60,246 nucleotides of DNA from an uncultured bacterium (GTDB taxonomy: Bacteria > CAYUVA01): NCBI GenBank assembly GCA_964448115.1, contig CAYUVA010000026.1, positions 1-60,246 on the forward strand, given 5' to 3'. Every line of letters begins with the position of its first letter. Positions within the stretch are counted from its first letter, which is position 1. The notes below the pieces were generated by a model. It made no database searches and was not told the origin of the DNA. It saw nothing but the letters and a program-made list of their open reading frames with translations. The translations under genes were made by a program, and so were the position numbers. Shown one piece after another: positions 37,774 to 47,939 of this stretch.

Positions 37774-39111
37774 ATGAGTGAAACGAAGAAAGTACTAGTA
37801 CTAGGGGCTGGATTAGTGGCAAGACCGCTGGTGCGCTATCTGCTCGAATTACCGGGCGTATCGGTTACGGTCGCAACCAGGACGCTGTGGAAGGCGGAGA
37901 AACTGGTCGAGGGCTATGATAATGGGATCGCACTGACTTTGGATCTGAGGGATCCTGCGCAACTGCCGCAGCTTATCGCTACCCATGACCTGGTTATAAG
38001 CATGGTGCCCTATACTTACCATGTCCAGGTGGCAAGGGAGTGCATAAAGCATCGCAAGAACATGGTGACCACCTCTTATGTCAGCGAACAGATGTGGAGC
38101 CTGGATGCGCAAGCAAAGGAGGCGGGTATAATCATCCTGAACGAGCTGGGGGTTGATCCGGGTATTGACCACATGTCAGCGATGAAGATCATCCACGATG
38201 TCGAAGATAAAGGGGGCAAGGTAGTCAGCTTCCGCTCCAACTGCGGGGGATTGCCTGCTCCAGAAGCGAATACCAATCCTTGGGGATACAAGTTCTCCTG
38301 GAGCCCGCGCGGAGTTATCCTCGCAGCCAGAAACGCTGCCAAGTTCTACGAGGATGGCGAGGTTGTTCAAATACCGGGCGAGGAGCTTTTCAAGCACTAC
38401 GAGATAGTCGATGTTCCAGGGCTTGGCAAGTTCGAGGGGTACCCCAACCGTGATGCCACAGGCTACAAGGAGCTTTATGGCTTGAAGTACGCACACACCG
38501 TGTATCGAGGTACCCTGCGCAACCTGGGCTGGTGCGATACCTTATACAAGGTCTCTAAGCTGGGGCTGCTCGACCTTGAGGAAAGACAAGGGCTTGGAGA
38601 GATGAACTGGCGGGAACTCATCAACTCATTATTGCCCGGTGAACTTCAGGGTGGAGATACTAAGGCGAACCTTGCAAAACACCTGGCTATCGAGCCTGAT
38701 TCGGATATCATGCAGCGCTTCGAGTGGCTGGGGCTGCTGAGCGATCAGAAGCTACCGGTTGGCGATGGCTCTTTGCTTGATAACTTCGCAGAGCAGATGT
38801 TGCAAAAGTGTCCCTACCAGGAGGGGGAGCGAGATATGGTAATCCTGCAGCACGAGTTCATCGCCGAGTACCCGGATCACAAGCAGAGAATTACCTCCAC
38901 AATGATAGACTTTGGCATCCCGCACGGCGATTCATCTATGTCCAGGACGGTTGGCTTGCCCCCTGCAATCGGAGCTAAGCTGATCTTAAACGGTGAGATC
39001 GAGCTAAAGGGAGTGCAGATCCCAGTGCACAAGGGGATCTATGAGCCGGCGCTCAGGGAATTAGCTGAGATGAATATATCGCTGGAGGATAGGTTCGAGA
39101 GGATAGATTAG
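37774..39111 (+). CDS. Saccharopine dehydrogenase (SDH half of AASS; LYS9-like)
   Basis: VLGAGLVA, TTSYVS, NELGVDPGIDH, CGGLPAPE, YKFSWSPRG, YPNRD, RGTLR, MSRTVGLP. Confidence 0.92.
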   Translation: MSETKKVLVLGAGLVARPLVRYLLELPGVSVTVATRTLWKAEKLVEGYDNGIALTLDLRDPAQLPQLIATHDLVISMVPYTYHVQVARECIKHRKNMVTTSYVSEQMWSLDAQAKEAGIIILNELGVDPGIDHMSAMKIIHDVEDKGGKVVSFRSNCGGLPAPEANTNPWGYKFSWSPRGVILAARNAAKFYEDGEVVQIPGEELFKHYEIVDVPGLGKFEGYPNRDATGYKELYGLKYAHTVYRGTLRNLGWCDTLYKVSKLGLLDLEERQGLGEMNWRELINSLLPGELQGGDTKANLAKHLAIEPDSDIMQRFEWLGLLSDQKLPVGDGSLLDNFAEQMLQKCPYQEGERDMVILQHEFIAEYPDHKQRITSTMIDFGIPHGDSSMSRTVGLPPAIGAKLILNGEIELKGVQIPVHKGIYEPALRELAEMNISLEDRFERID

Positions 39112-39426
39112 CCCTCATAGCCAAATACCGATCATGCACTTCGCACTCTTCTCTCTTTGCGTCTTTGGGTGATCAATTCTTTTTTTTTTTTCTGCGTCTA
39201 TGCGTGAGCGTCTTTGCGTGCTCCTCTTTCCTTTCCTCAAGCCTTTCCAGGCATGAAGGCAGGGAGACATCGCTTGATCTTTACTCTTTCATTAACTATT
39301 ATATCAACATCTTGTGGCTTTGAAAAAAAATGCGCATTTTGTAGTATTTGCCTATTTACAAAATAGTAATGGTATATTATATTAAGGATATGGTAATAAT
39401 AAAAAGAAACCCCTTTGATTGATGGC

Positions 39427-42400
39427 ATGAAGCTCAAGAAGATTATCCTGAACGGCTTTAAGTCCTTCTATAATAAGACCGAGATCCAATTCGATTCGGG
39501 GATTACCGCCATTGTTGGACCCAACGGTTGCGGAAAGAGCAATGTTATCGATGCTATTAAGTGGGTGCTCGGTGAGCAGAGCATCAAGTCGCTGCGCGGA
39601 AGCAAGATGGAGGATGTTATCTTCAATGGCAGCGAGCTGTATCGCCCCTTGGGGATGGCAGAGGTAAGCCTGGTCTTGGAAAAGCCACAGACTGATATTG
39701 ATAACAAATACCTGGATGAGGATGGAGATCTTTTAACGATAACCAGGCGCGTGTTTCGCAGCGGTGAATCGAACTATTTTCTCAATAACAAGCACTGCCG
39801 ACTCAAGGACATACAGGAGATCCTGCTCGATACCGGCTTGGGAGTGCATTCATATTGCATTCTGCAGCAAGGTCGGGTCGATGAGATCATCAATGCCAAG
39901 CCAGAGGAAAGAAGGGAGCTTATCGAAGAGGCGGCTGGGGTTATGAAATATCGCCTTAAACGAAAGGCTGCCGAGGAGAAGATGAGGCAGACCGAGGAAA
40001 ACCTGATGCGCATCCAGGACATCTTCGTTGAGGTGAGCAGAACCAGGAATGCCCTGCAAAGACAAGCAGCGAAGGCTAAAAGATACAAGCAGCTACAACG
40101 AGAGGCAAAGCAGCTTGCGCTTAACATCTTTGGATTCAAATACAAGCAGCTACAGAAAAAGATCACCGAACTGGAAAAAGAGAAGGCTTACTTGGAGGAC
40201 ATTGTAACCAAGATATCGGCAACGGTGGCAGCCTGCGAGGCTGAGCTTGAGGAAACCAAGATCGCTTGTCTGGAAAAGGATCATCAAATAAAGGAGTTGG
40301 AGAGGAGCTTATACCAGAATCAGGGAGAGATAAAGCGACTGGAGACTACCAGGGAGATGCTTGGCAGCAAGCTAAGGCAAAATAAATCAGCAATAGTTGA
40401 CATAGAAAATGACCTTGAAAACTTAAACAGGGAAAAGGCGGAGAAACAGGCTCAGCTCGCAGATAACAACACGGTGGAACTAAATCTATCCAAAGAGCAT
40501 GCTATCCTCACCGAGCGCCTGAAAGAGGAAGAAAAAAAGCTGGAGGGCAAACGAGAGAAATATCGCTCGCTGGATCCTGATATGGAGGGGAAACGAGGCA
40601 GAATTATGGATCTTCTCTCCCAGAGCGCTGCCATAAAAAACGAGTTCAATAATATAAAGATGCGCATCGAGGCAGAGAAAAAGAAGCTCGAAAAACTATC
40701 CGATGAGCGATCCACCCTCAAGCAAAGGTTGGAGGATCTTAGGATGAGAGGCGAGAAGCTGGAGGACAAGAGAGCTGCCTCAGAGATCTCGATGCTGGAG
40801 ATAAAAACAGAGGTCGAGTATAACCATGATAAACTCGATAAGCTAAAGGGGGAAGCCAAACAGCTTGCATCAGCCATCGCCGATGATGCGCAGGATCTTG
40901 CAAAGATGCAATCTCGCCTGAACGCCTTGAGCGAGATGGTTCAATCCCTCCAGGGATTCTCCGAGGGGGTGCGCAGCTTGATGACCAACAAGGGAGATGC
41001 GCCCCAACCTACACCCTGCTTTGCCGGGGTCATCGCAGACCTTATCCAGACTGACAAGAGATACGAAGTGGCGATTGAGATGGGTCTTGGGGAGTGCTTC
41101 CAGGGGCTAATAACCAGGCAGGCTCAGGATGCGCTTGATGCTGTCAAGCTGCTTAGAGAAAAAGATCAAGGTAGAGGCAGCTTCATTCCGGCAGATCTTG
41201 AATCCAACCCTTCGCTTGCCAGCTTACCGGATCATCCCTCCATAATCGGCTTTGCACGCGACCTGGTCAAACCAGAGAACGGCAATGGCGAGCTGCTACG
41301 CAACCTGCTGGGCGACCTGGTGGTGGTTGAGGACCTGGCTGGGGGCTTGGATGCCAGGAAAAAACATCGGCTTGTAGTCCCCATGGTTACCTTGTCCGGC
41401 GATCTGATCTCAGCGCAGGGGATCATCACTGGCGGAAGCGTCAGGCAGCGCGTATCCGGATACCTTGCCCGCAAAAAGGAGATCAATGAACTTACTGATA
41501 AGGTATCCTCCGCTGGGATAAAACTTAAACAGTTAAAAGCAAGGCTCAGCGAAGTGGAGAGCAAGGTGGATAAGACCACCCGGCTCCTTGCCGAGCTTGA
41601 GGAAAAGATGCAGCAGGAGGAGAAAGTCCAATCAGACCTGCTTCGCGAGTACAGTATTTTGGGATCAGAGGAGAAGAACGCCAGGGGAAGGGAAGAGATC
41701 ATCCAAACCGAGATGCATCAGTGCCATTTTGACATCGATAGCCTGCAGAGGCGAGCCAAGGAGCTTTCCTTCGAGATGGTAGAGCTGGACACCAGGCGTA
41801 ATCAGCTCGAGACGGAGCTTAAGGAGCTTAAGGAGCGAAAAAAGAGGATGAGGCAAGAGCTGGATGCTGATTCAGCGACCTATAATGAGCTTCGGGTCGA
41901 GCTTTCGAGCCTTGCAGAACGGCTACGCAGCGCTAAACTCCATCGCAAAGACCAGCACCAGGCGCTAGAGACCATAAAAAAACGAATAAATCAAGAACTA
42001 GACCGCAAAAGTACGCTTGTAAAGGAGAATGAGGATATTGAAAAACAATTGGAGAAGCTAAAAAGCTCCATAGCAGCTACCGCTGGCGCCCTGGATAAAG
42101 ATGCTGTACACCTGGCTAAACTCAAGGATAACCTCGATGAACTAAACGATAAGCTCCAGAAGGCGGAGGTCAAATCAAAAGAGAAACGAAAGGAGCTAGG
42201 GGGATACAATGATCAACTAAATGATATCAATGTTCAACTTGCTGGTTTGGAGACGCGGATGAACAACGAGTGCGAGTCCTTATGGGAGCGATTTGCTTTA
42301 TCCCCTCAAGAGGCGCTCATGGAGTTCGATCCCGGCGAGATGAATATTGAGCAGAGTCAACGCGCCCTGCTCGATGTAAGGCAAAGACTCGACAAGATGG

Positions 42401-43008
42401 GAGATGTGAACCTTAAGGCGATAAACGACTTCGATGAGATCGACCAGCGCTTCCAGTTTCTCAAGGAGCAGCAACGGGATCTCCAGGAGTCGCTCTCCAA
42501 CCTGCGGGCAGCGATCAGAAAGATCGATAATACCTGTCGCCATCTGTTCAAGGAGGCATTCGACAAGGTGAACGATTACTTCCAGGAGGTGTTCCAGCGC
42601 CTGTTCGATGGTGGCAAGGCTAGGATGGCATTGACCGATCCCACCGATCTGCTTACTACTGGCATCGAGATCGTAGTCCAGCCGCCGGGCAAGTCGCTGC
42701 AAAAGATCTCGCTTTTATCCGGCGGTGAGAAGTCTCTGGTAGCGATCTCGCTCATGGTGGCGCTGTTTCTGCACAAGCCAAGCCCGTTTTGCCTGATGGA
42801 TGAGGTAGATGCAGCCCTCGATGAGGCTAATGTGGGTCGCTTCACCGAGCTGCTCAGGGATCTTTCGCAGATCACCCAACTGTGCCTGGTTACCCATAAT
42901 CTGCATACCATGCGCGATGCCAACACCCTTTATGGGGTTACGATGAGCGATGATGGCATTAGCAGCGTGCTCAGCGCATGCATAGATGAACTGGTGGAAC
43001 AGAAGTGA
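39427..43008 (+). CDS. smc: Chromosome segregation protein SMC
   Basis: GFKSF, GPNGCGKSN, long coiled coils with a hinge, LSGGEK, MDEVDAALD. Confidence 0.97.
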   Translation: MKLKKIILNGFKSFYNKTEIQFDSGITAIVGPNGCGKSNVIDAIKWVLGEQSIKSLRGSKMEDVIFNGSELYRPLGMAEVSLVLEKPQTDIDNKYLDEDGDLLTITRRVFRSGESNYFLNNKHCRLKDIQEILLDTGLGVHSYCILQQGRVDEIINAKPEERRELIEEAAGVMKYRLKRKAAEEKMRQTEENLMRIQDIFVEVSRTRNALQRQAAKAKRYKQLQREAKQLALNIFGFKYKQLQKKITELEKEKAYLEDIVTKISATVAACEAELEETKIACLEKDHQIKELERSLYQNQGEIKRLETTREMLGSKLRQNKSAIVDIENDLENLNREKAEKQAQLADNNTVELNLSKEHAILTERLKEEEKKLEGKREKYRSLDPDMEGKRGRIMDLLSQSAAIKNEFNNIKMRIEAEKKKLEKLSDERSTLKQRLEDLRMRGEKLEDKRAASEISMLEIKTEVEYNHDKLDKLKGEAKQLASAIADDAQDLAKMQSRLNALSEMVQSLQGFSEGVRSLMTNKGDAPQPTPCFAGVIADLIQTDKRYEVAIEMGLGECFQGLITRQAQDALDAVKLLREKDQGRGSFIPADLESNPSLASLPDHPSIIGFARDLVKPENGNGELLRNLLGDLVVVEDLAGGLDARKKHRLVVPMVTLSGDLISAQGIITGGSVRQRVSGYLARKKEINELTDKVSSAGIKLKQLKARLSEVESKVDKTTRLLAELEEKMQQEEKVQSDLLREYSILGSEEKNARGREEIIQTEMHQCHFDIDSLQRRAKELSFEMVELDTRRNQLETELKELKERKKRMRQELDADSATYNELRVELSSLAERLRSAKLHRKDQHQALETIKKRINQELDRKSTLVKENEDIEKQLEKLKSSIAATAGALDKDAVHLAKLKDNLDELNDKLQKAEVKSKEKRKELGGYNDQLNDINVQLAGLETRMNNECESLWERFALSPQEALMEFDPGEMNIEQSQRALLDVRQRLDKMGDVNLKAINDFDEIDQRFQFLKEQQRDLQESLSNLRAAIRKIDNTCRHLFKEAFDKVNDYFQEVFQRLFDGGKARMALTDPTDLLTTGIEIVVQPPGKSLQKISLLSGGEKSLVAISLMVALFLHKPSPFCLMDEVDAALDEANVGRFTELLRDLSQITQLCLVTHNLHTMRDANTLYGVTMSDDGISSVLSACIDELVEQK

Positions 43009-43066
43009 TACCTGATATTGAAAAATATCAAGATTACCTTACAATCATTAAACTAGTATTTTCCCC

Positions 43067-43095
43067 TTGACAAGCTTAATCAGGATTTTTACAGT
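43067..43095 (+). promoter_or_regulatory. Putative sigma70 promoter
   Basis: TTGACA-17 nt-TACAGT. Confidence 0.5.
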
Positions 43096-43158
43096 AAGCA
43101 ATATAATGTGATGGGATCACTAATATTACACAATATATTGAATAGGAGGATGCTGGTG

Positions 43159-45183
43159 ATGCATAAGAACACCCATTCGGTTTACTTGTTAGTAATTATG
43201 GCTGGAGCCCTTATTTTATTGGCTCCGCAAGTTGGTTACCCTGTCGAGTTCGGCAGTGAGCTCCCGGTCAGCAACTGGGGCACCACCCCATGCGCTGCGG
43301 TCGATGACCTCGGTTATCTTCATGTAGTCTGGGTCGATTACACGCTTGGGCTGCATTACAAGAAGTTCAACCTGAACGGCTGGGACGGATATGAGGATCT
43401 TGACGCCGAGGAGATTCCAGAGATGGTGCCTGGTGGATCTGCGGTTGATAGCCGTTTTGCTCCACCAGCCATTGCGGTAGATAAGCAGGGCAATCCGCAC
43501 ATCGTCTGGGGCGGGTATAAGATGCCCGAGGTCGGTCCAATTTACTACATCACATACCAGGATGGAGCCTGGGGCGATCCTGAGGTCGCGGTCTGGGGCT
43601 GGTGGGACTGGGTATCATTCCCCGATATCGGGATCGATCACAACACGGGCAAGATCTGGGTTGTTGCTGAGGAGGTTACCTTCTTCCCCGCCGGCTCAAA
43701 TAACCGAATCGTCCTTAAATACAAGGACCCAGAGTCCGGCCAGTGGCTTCCCAATGAAACTTATGAATGGTCTCCTTACTATTTATCCGATCCCGAAGCA
43801 AAGGATCCAAGAAAGTGTAGTCTGGCAGTGAATAAGTTCGGGGATGTATTTGTAACCTGGCGCCAAGCGGTCGATGGCGTGCATAACGAGATACACATGA
43901 AGGAGGTTACCGCTGAGGGTGAGTTCAAGGACATAGTGATCCCGGTTCGCTATGGATTATGGGCTGCTGGTGCATACATCGAATCGGATGAAAATGGATA
44001 TCCACGATTTGCAAATGCTGTCTTCGATGATGAATTCTGGGTTGGCTTGGTTAACTATAGCCGCTGGGACGGTAATGAGTGGATAAACAATGGGTTGCCT
44101 ATACCTGGAGAGATATCGACTGATTCGGATAATGTCTTCGTAAAGATGGCGCTCAATGAGCCGTGGGTATGCATCGCATATACAAATGATCGCCATTTCT
44201 TTTACTATTTATCCAACCACGATGATGAGGAATACTTGTGGGAGGAGTTCCCCTACGAGGGGGACAGCCAGCAAAAAGGGAGACCGTTTCCGGTTGGATA
44301 CGATGATGGATTCATATTCTTCTGGGACGATACGCGGGGTTATCTTTACATGCGCGCTATGATGCTCGGCATCGGCAAGAGGAAGCCGCTGATCAGGGCT
44401 GCCGGCTATGGAGATACAAGGCTGAGCACCTGCGAGGGGGGGATGCTTGTGCTTAACGCCGCCATCGATGACCAGGTGGAACAGGACAATCTCATCGCCA
44501 GCGTGGAGATGATGTACAACCATATCCCCATGGATATTTATCTGCGCGATGATGGACTCGGCGGAGACAGGGCTGGCCAGGACGATGTGTACTCGATTCA
44601 ACTACCTATAATACCAGGGGCGCCTGCTGGGGATTATCTTATCGAGCTGATCACATTCACGGATAATGGACAGGCAAGCTCCATCTGGCCTTATCTTACC
44701 GTGTGGGGAGACGAACAACAGGGAGCAAACGAGTCAGCCCCATACACGATTCCGCCCATAACCCCCTGGTATGCGATGGAAAACGAGCTTATCAATCAGC
44801 CGCCGGCGGCTCCAGAGGAGAAAGGTTATAGCAGGTATGACTCCACCGCTCCCATAATCGATATGGCGGGGTACGAGGATACCTACATAACCAACCGGGA
44901 TGGTGGGCTAATCACCATGCGCGCTTATGTAAAAGCGGGCAACTATAACGCGCAGGATATCAGCGTCGAGGTTTACTACCAGGGGATGCCGACCGGGATA
45001 ATGCTAAATTATGTTGGAGTAGATAATACTTACACGAACGGGGATTATGTCTATGAAAACTCCACTGAGATAATACCAGGCATACCCCCAGGCGAGTACC
45101 TGCTCGAACTTGTAGCCACCAATCCGCAGGGTGAAAAGAGCATCACCTGGCCTTATGCAAGGGTATTCTATACCCTGAAATAG
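43159..45183 (+). CDS. Secreted acidic beta-propeller-like protein with two tandem AGY..WPY C-terminal modules
   Basis: Signal peptide; repeated P.IAVD..G..H[VI]VW blades; modules at 44383-44703 and 44848-45183. The AGGAGG RBS favours a start at 43156 or 43159. Confidence 0.8.
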   Translation: MHKNTHSVYLLVIMAGALILLAPQVGYPVEFGSELPVSNWGTTPCAAVDDLGYLHVVWVDYTLGLHYKKFNLNGWDGYEDLDAEEIPEMVPGGSAVDSRFAPPAIAVDKQGNPHIVWGGYKMPEVGPIYYITYQDGAWGDPEVAVWGWWDWVSFPDIGIDHNTGKIWVVAEEVTFFPAGSNNRIVLKYKDPESGQWLPNETYEWSPYYLSDPEAKDPRKCSLAVNKFGDVFVTWRQAVDGVHNEIHMKEVTAEGEFKDIVIPVRYGLWAAGAYIESDENGYPRFANAVFDDEFWVGLVNYSRWDGNEWINNGLPIPGEISTDSDNVFVKMALNEPWVCIAYTNDRHFFYYLSNHDDEEYLWEEFPYEGDSQQKGRPFPVGYDDGFIFFWDDTRGYLYMRAMMLGIGKRKPLIRAAGYGDTRLSTCEGGMLVLNAAIDDQVEQDNLIASVEMMYNHIPMDIYLRDDGLGGDRAGQDDVYSIQLPIIPGAPAGDYLIELITFTDNGQASSIWPYLTVWGDEQQGANESAPYTIPPITPWYAMENELINQPPAAPEEKGYSRYDSTAPIIDMAGYEDTYITNRDGGLITMRAYVKAGNYNAQDISVEVYYQGMPTGIMLNYVGVDNTYTNGDYVYENSTEIIPGIPPGEYLLELVATNPQGEKSITWPYARVFYTLK

Positions 45184-45422
45184 GCTGGCAACTGGCAGTA
45201 AGAGCTATTGGATCACCAAGGCGCCAAGGCACGAAGAAATAAAGATCTCCTTGAGTGTTTTAGCACCATAGTTGTTTTATGCTCTCATATCAATCTCAAT
45301 CTGTCGGTTTTGCTTCTTGACAATGCAGTTAATAGTGTGATTAAAAGGTGATGTTGATTTAACCTTGCATCCAAGCGCTGGAATATGGTGCAGGATAGCA
45401 TTGTTTAAAAAAAATATAGACC

Positions 45423-46010
45423 ATGGATACTAATCCAAAGAAGCCCTCCTCGAACAGGATCTTCATCCTGGTGCAGGCGATGACCGTCTCGCGGATACCG
45501 TTGGCACTGGCATTTGGTGTGCTGCTTCATCATAGCGAATATAAGTTCTGGAGCGTTTTTATCTGCCTGTTTTTGCTTGCTATTATCGAGCTATCGGATG
45601 CGATAGACGGCTTCATTGCTCGGCGAAGCGGGGTTACCAGCGAGTGGGGCGCAATGCTCGATCCTTACGCGGACAGCATCTCCAGGCTCATAATCTACTT
45701 TAGCCTGGCAATCAATTCCCAGCGCCTGACCATTATATGGCTGCCAATAATTATGGCGCTAAGGGACATCACTGTCGCCTACAGCCGCATCGTGCTGACC
45801 AAGAAGGGAAAATCGGTAAAAGCAAAATGGAGCGGCAAGTGGAAGGCGCGCTTCCAGGCGGTCGGTGCTTTCCTGCTCCTTTTAGGACCAGCATACTGGG
45901 GCTTCACCGGGGAGTGGCTCAAGTACTTCTTATCCTGGGTGATCCTGCTGGTTACCGCCGCCTATGCCTTCCAGTATGTCCAGTCGGCAAAACATGCCTT
46001 TGAGGAATAA
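45423..46010 (+). CDS. CDP-alcohol phosphatidyltransferase (PgsA-like)
   Basis: DAIDGFIARRSGVTSEWGAMLDPYAD signature. Confidence 0.88.
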   Translation: MDTNPKKPSSNRIFILVQAMTVSRIPLALAFGVLLHHSEYKFWSVFICLFLLAIIELSDAIDGFIARRSGVTSEWGAMLDPYADSISRLIIYFSLAINSQRLTIIWLPIIMALRDITVAYSRIVLTKKGKSVKAKWSGKWKARFQAVGAFLLLLGPAYWGFTGEWLKYFLSWVILLVTAAYAFQYVQSAKHAFEE

Positions 46011-46037
46011 CCATCCTTCAAGTCCCCATGATCAACC

Positions 46038-47402
46038 ATGAGCAATAGAAGATTCATAGTAATCGGCGGGGATGCTGCCGGTATGAGCGCAGCCTCCAGA
46101 GCCAAAAGAAGGGACAAGGACCTAGATGTCCAGGTCTTCGAGATGGGGGACTTCGTATCCTACGGCGCCTGTGGGATACCTTACTTCATTGCCGGCAGGG
46201 TTAAGCAACTCGATGACCTCGTTGTCATAACCGCAGAAGAGTTCGAGTCCAAGCGGGGCATAAAGGTTCACAAGCGACATAGGGTGGAAAAAATATCTCC
46301 TAATGATAGGCGGCTTATGGTGCGCAGGCTAATAGATGACCATACCTTCGAGGTTTCTTATGATCATTTGCTTATCGCCACGGGCGCCTCGCCGCTGGTT
46401 CCACCCCACCTCGATACCGAGCTACCGGGAGTCTTTACCTTACGCGGATTGGCTGAGGCAGCGAGGCTCAAGGAATTCGTGGTCAATCGCTCCCCCAGGG
46501 AGGCGGTTATTGTCGGCGCCGGCTACATCGGGCTGGAGATGGCGGAGTGCCTAACCGACGCCGGACTCAAGGTTACGATGGTGGAGATGGCTCAAAAGCC
46601 GATGTTCTTGATGGAAGACGAGATCGCCAGCCTGATCGTTAATGAGCTTGCTGGCAACGGGGTGAAGCTTATGCTCGGTGTCGGGGCACAAAGCATCCAA
46701 AGAGCCGATGGCAAGGGGCTGGTTGTCCAGCTTTCTAGTGGAGATTCGCTAAAAACCGACCTGGTTATCATCGGCATCGGGGTCAAGCCGAACAGCGAGC
46801 TGGCAAAGGATGCGGGCATCGAGCTTGGTGTCAAAGGTGCAATCAAGGTTAACCGCAAGCAACTGACCAGCGCAACGAATATCCTCGCCGCCGGCGATTG
46901 CGCCGAGTGCTATCATCGAATACTGGGCAGGAATACTTACATCCCGCTTGCTCTGGCTGCAAACAGACAGGGGAGAGTGGCGGGAGATATCGTGGCTGGG
47001 TTGAACAGCGAATTCCCCGGCGTGCTAGGCACTGCGATTAGCAAGGTTTTTGACCTGACCATCGCCCGAAGCGGACTATCCATGGCTGAAGCAACTGATG
47101 CGGGCATCGAAGCAGAGAAGGCGGTGGTATCAAGCAACTCCCTACCTCATTACTACCCTGGCGGAGCGAGGATAACTTCTGTTGTCCTCATCGATAAGAA
47201 GGATGGCAGGCTCATCGGCGTCCAGATGGCGGGCAAGCACGGGGTGGGACAGAGGATCAACACCTGGGCTACTGCGTTGACTGCTGGGATGTCGCTGGAT
47301 GAAATAGCCGGGATGGATCTTGCCTATGCACCGCCATATTCGCCGGTTTGGGATCCAGTTCTGGTCGCTGCCGAGGTGGCAAATAAAAGGCGTAAGGCTT
47401 AA
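46038..47402 (+). CDS. FAD-dependent CoA-disulfide reductase / NADH oxidase family
   Basis: GGDAAGMSAA, SYGACGIPY (redox Cys), GAGYIGLE, AGDC, YAPPYS. Confidence 0.88.
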   Translation: MSNRRFIVIGGDAAGMSAASRAKRRDKDLDVQVFEMGDFVSYGACGIPYFIAGRVKQLDDLVVITAEEFESKRGIKVHKRHRVEKISPNDRRLMVRRLIDDHTFEVSYDHLLIATGASPLVPPHLDTELPGVFTLRGLAEAARLKEFVVNRSPREAVIVGAGYIGLEMAECLTDAGLKVTMVEMAQKPMFLMEDEIASLIVNELAGNGVKLMLGVGAQSIQRADGKGLVVQLSSGDSLKTDLVIIGIGVKPNSELAKDAGIELGVKGAIKVNRKQLTSATNILAAGDCAECYHRILGRNTYIPLALAANRQGRVAGDIVAGLNSEFPGVLGTAISKVFDLTIARSGLSMAEATDAGIEAEKAVVSSNSLPHYYPGGARITSVVLIDKKDGRLIGVQMAGKHGVGQRINTWATALTAGMSLDEIAGMDLAYAPPYSPVWDPVLVAAEVANKRRKA

Positions 47403-47417
47403 TAGTGTACTTTCAGA

Positions 47418-47939
47418 CTATTTCTTTCCCTTTGGCATGACATACATGACCATTTGTCTGCCTTCCATCATCGGCTCTTTCTCGACCTTTGCAAGGTCCT
47501 TGAGATCTTCGACAGCCTTTTCGAGAAGCTCTCTTCCCTGGTCTTTGAAGACGATCTCTCTGCCTTTGAACCTGACGGTCAGCTTTACCCTGTTTCCTTC
47601 CTCCAAGAATCTTCTGACATGATTTATCTTGTACTTATAATCATGTTCTCCGACCTTGGGGCGAAACTTGATCTCCTTTACCTGTATGACCTTTTGGGCT
47701 TTTTTAGCTTGAGCTGCTTTTTTGCTTTTCTCGTACTTGTACTTACCGTAATCGATGATCTTGCAGACGGGCAGATCTGCCATGGGTGCAACCTCTACCA
47801 GATCCAAGCCCTCTTCCTCGGCTAATCTTAAGCCCTCACTTAGGTCAACCACTCCGATTTGCTCGCCGTTACTTCCGATTAGTCGGATCTTCTTGGAATT
47901 GATGCTCTTATTGATCCTTATCTGCTGTTGTTTTCCTAT
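47418..47939 (-). CDS. infC: Translation initiation factor IF-3, non-canonical ATA start
   Basis: LDLVEV, PVCKIIDYGKYKYE, KEIKFRP, VRFKGRE. The frame extends upstream through IRINKSI..IRLIGSNGEQIG to GGAGG-6 nt-ATA at 47939. Confidence 0.95.
   Translation of the reverse strand: MGKQQQIRINKSINSKKIRLIGSNGEQIGVVDLSEGLRLAEEEGLDLVEVAPMADLPVCKIIDYGKYKYEKSKKAAQAKKAQKVIQVKEIKFRPKVGEHDYKYKINHVRRFLEEGNRVKLTVRFKGREIVFKDQGRELLEKAVEDLKDLAKVEKEPMMEGRQMVMYVMPKGKK

Noticed and set aside
39180-39192. 13-T homopolymer as a phase-variation tract
   Set aside because: Intergenic, downstream of a stop codon and not within an evident promoter spacer.
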